DNA of 64,000 nucleotides, from positions 135,711 through 199,710 of the forward strand of contig JALHPE010000001.1 in the NCBI GenBank assembly GCA_022842645.1, written 5' to 3'. The DNA is from Minisyncoccota bacterium. Lineage in GTDB: Bacteria; Patescibacteriota; Minisyncoccia; Phycocordibacterales; UBA2100. The notes below the pieces were generated by a model. It worked only from the letters and a program-made list of their open reading frames with translations. It searched no databases and was not told the origin of the DNA. Below, piece after piece: positions 63,632 to 64,000 of this stretch (positions are counted from its first letter, which is position 1; each line of letters starts with the position of its first letter). Both the position numbers and the translations under genes were made by a program.

Positions 63632-64000
63632 TCATTTTATGCTTTTCTTTACGAACTCATGAACATTCGCAACCGAGATTCTAAGAATCTCGTGATATGC
63701 CTCGCGAGTGAAGAAGGCAATGTGCGGCATGAGAATGACACGCTTTGAACCTTGTACGAATTCTTTAATAAGAGCGTGCACAGTGCTGTTCTCGCCCCCC
63801 TCTCGCAACTCCCGCTCACCTTCCAGCACATCAAGTGCCGCACGAGAGACTTTTCCAGAGCGAAGCGCTTGCAGAAGTGCCTCGGTTTCAATTAACTCGC
63901 CACGCGCAGTGTTGACGATCACAACGCCCTGCTTCATCTTTGCGAAAGCGGCTGTGTTGAGGAGGTGATGTGTCTCGGGCGTGCCTGGCGCATGGAGCGT
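63632..64000 (-). CDS. D-isomer-specific 2-hydroxyacid (D-lactate-like) dehydrogenase, C-terminal part, truncated by the window edge
   Basis: MKQGVVIVNTARGELI, AALDVLEGE, PHIAFFTREA. Confidence 0.9.
   Translation of the reverse strand, partial: TLHAPGTPETHHLLNTAAFAKMKQGVVIVNTARGELIETEALLQALRSGKVSRAALDVLEGERELREGGENSTVHALIKEFVQGSKRVILMPHIAFFTREAYHEILRISVANVHEFVKKSIK

Noticed and set aside
1-64000. Alternative genetic code (UGA=Gly, as in Gracilibacteria/Absconditabacteria)
   Set aside because: RF2 is present, TGA terminates several genes at sensible positions, and 8-kb and 19-kb ORFs are open in code 11

Overview
Bacterial chromosomal window that looks like Patescibacteria/CPR, probably Parcubacteria. 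This is inferred from gene style, giant S/T-rich surface proteins and a tRNA group I intron. Standard code 11 applies: TGA is used as stop and RF2 is present. (1) 1-3195 is the right end of an AT-richer integrated element: RepA/AAA_25-like helicase, two small ORFs, a candidate pseudoknotted ncRNA, and a large serine recombinase whose C-terminus runs antisense into tRNA-Gln(CTG). (2) 3.3-10.8 kb is housekeeping: pyrG, ftsEX, a shortened prfB, tRNA-Thr(CGT), and tRNA-Thr(GGT) split by a 183-nt group I intron. (3) ~10.8-62.5 kb is a ~51-kb, almost entirely minus-strand cell-surface locus. It encodes 4 cohesin proteins, 3 dockerin proteins (one carries both domains), 4 membrane-anchored DUF916/PapD-like chaperone-like proteins, and 4 proteins ending in WxL/pilin-like modules, one of them a 6336-aa giant. 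It also encodes a 2675-aa tail-fibre-like protein with two putative autocleavage domains, a MacB-type ABC transporter, an FN3 protein, Hsp20 and signal peptidase I. No carbohydrate-active enzymes were recognised, so this is the best candidate for an undescribed modular surface-appendage assembly system. (4) The right end has tRNA-Asp, tRNA(CAT) and a partial D-2-hydroxyacid dehydrogenase. Many genes have a -10 box 6 nt before the ATG, suggesting leaderless mRNAs. All domain calls are by-eye motif recognition; no database searches were run.
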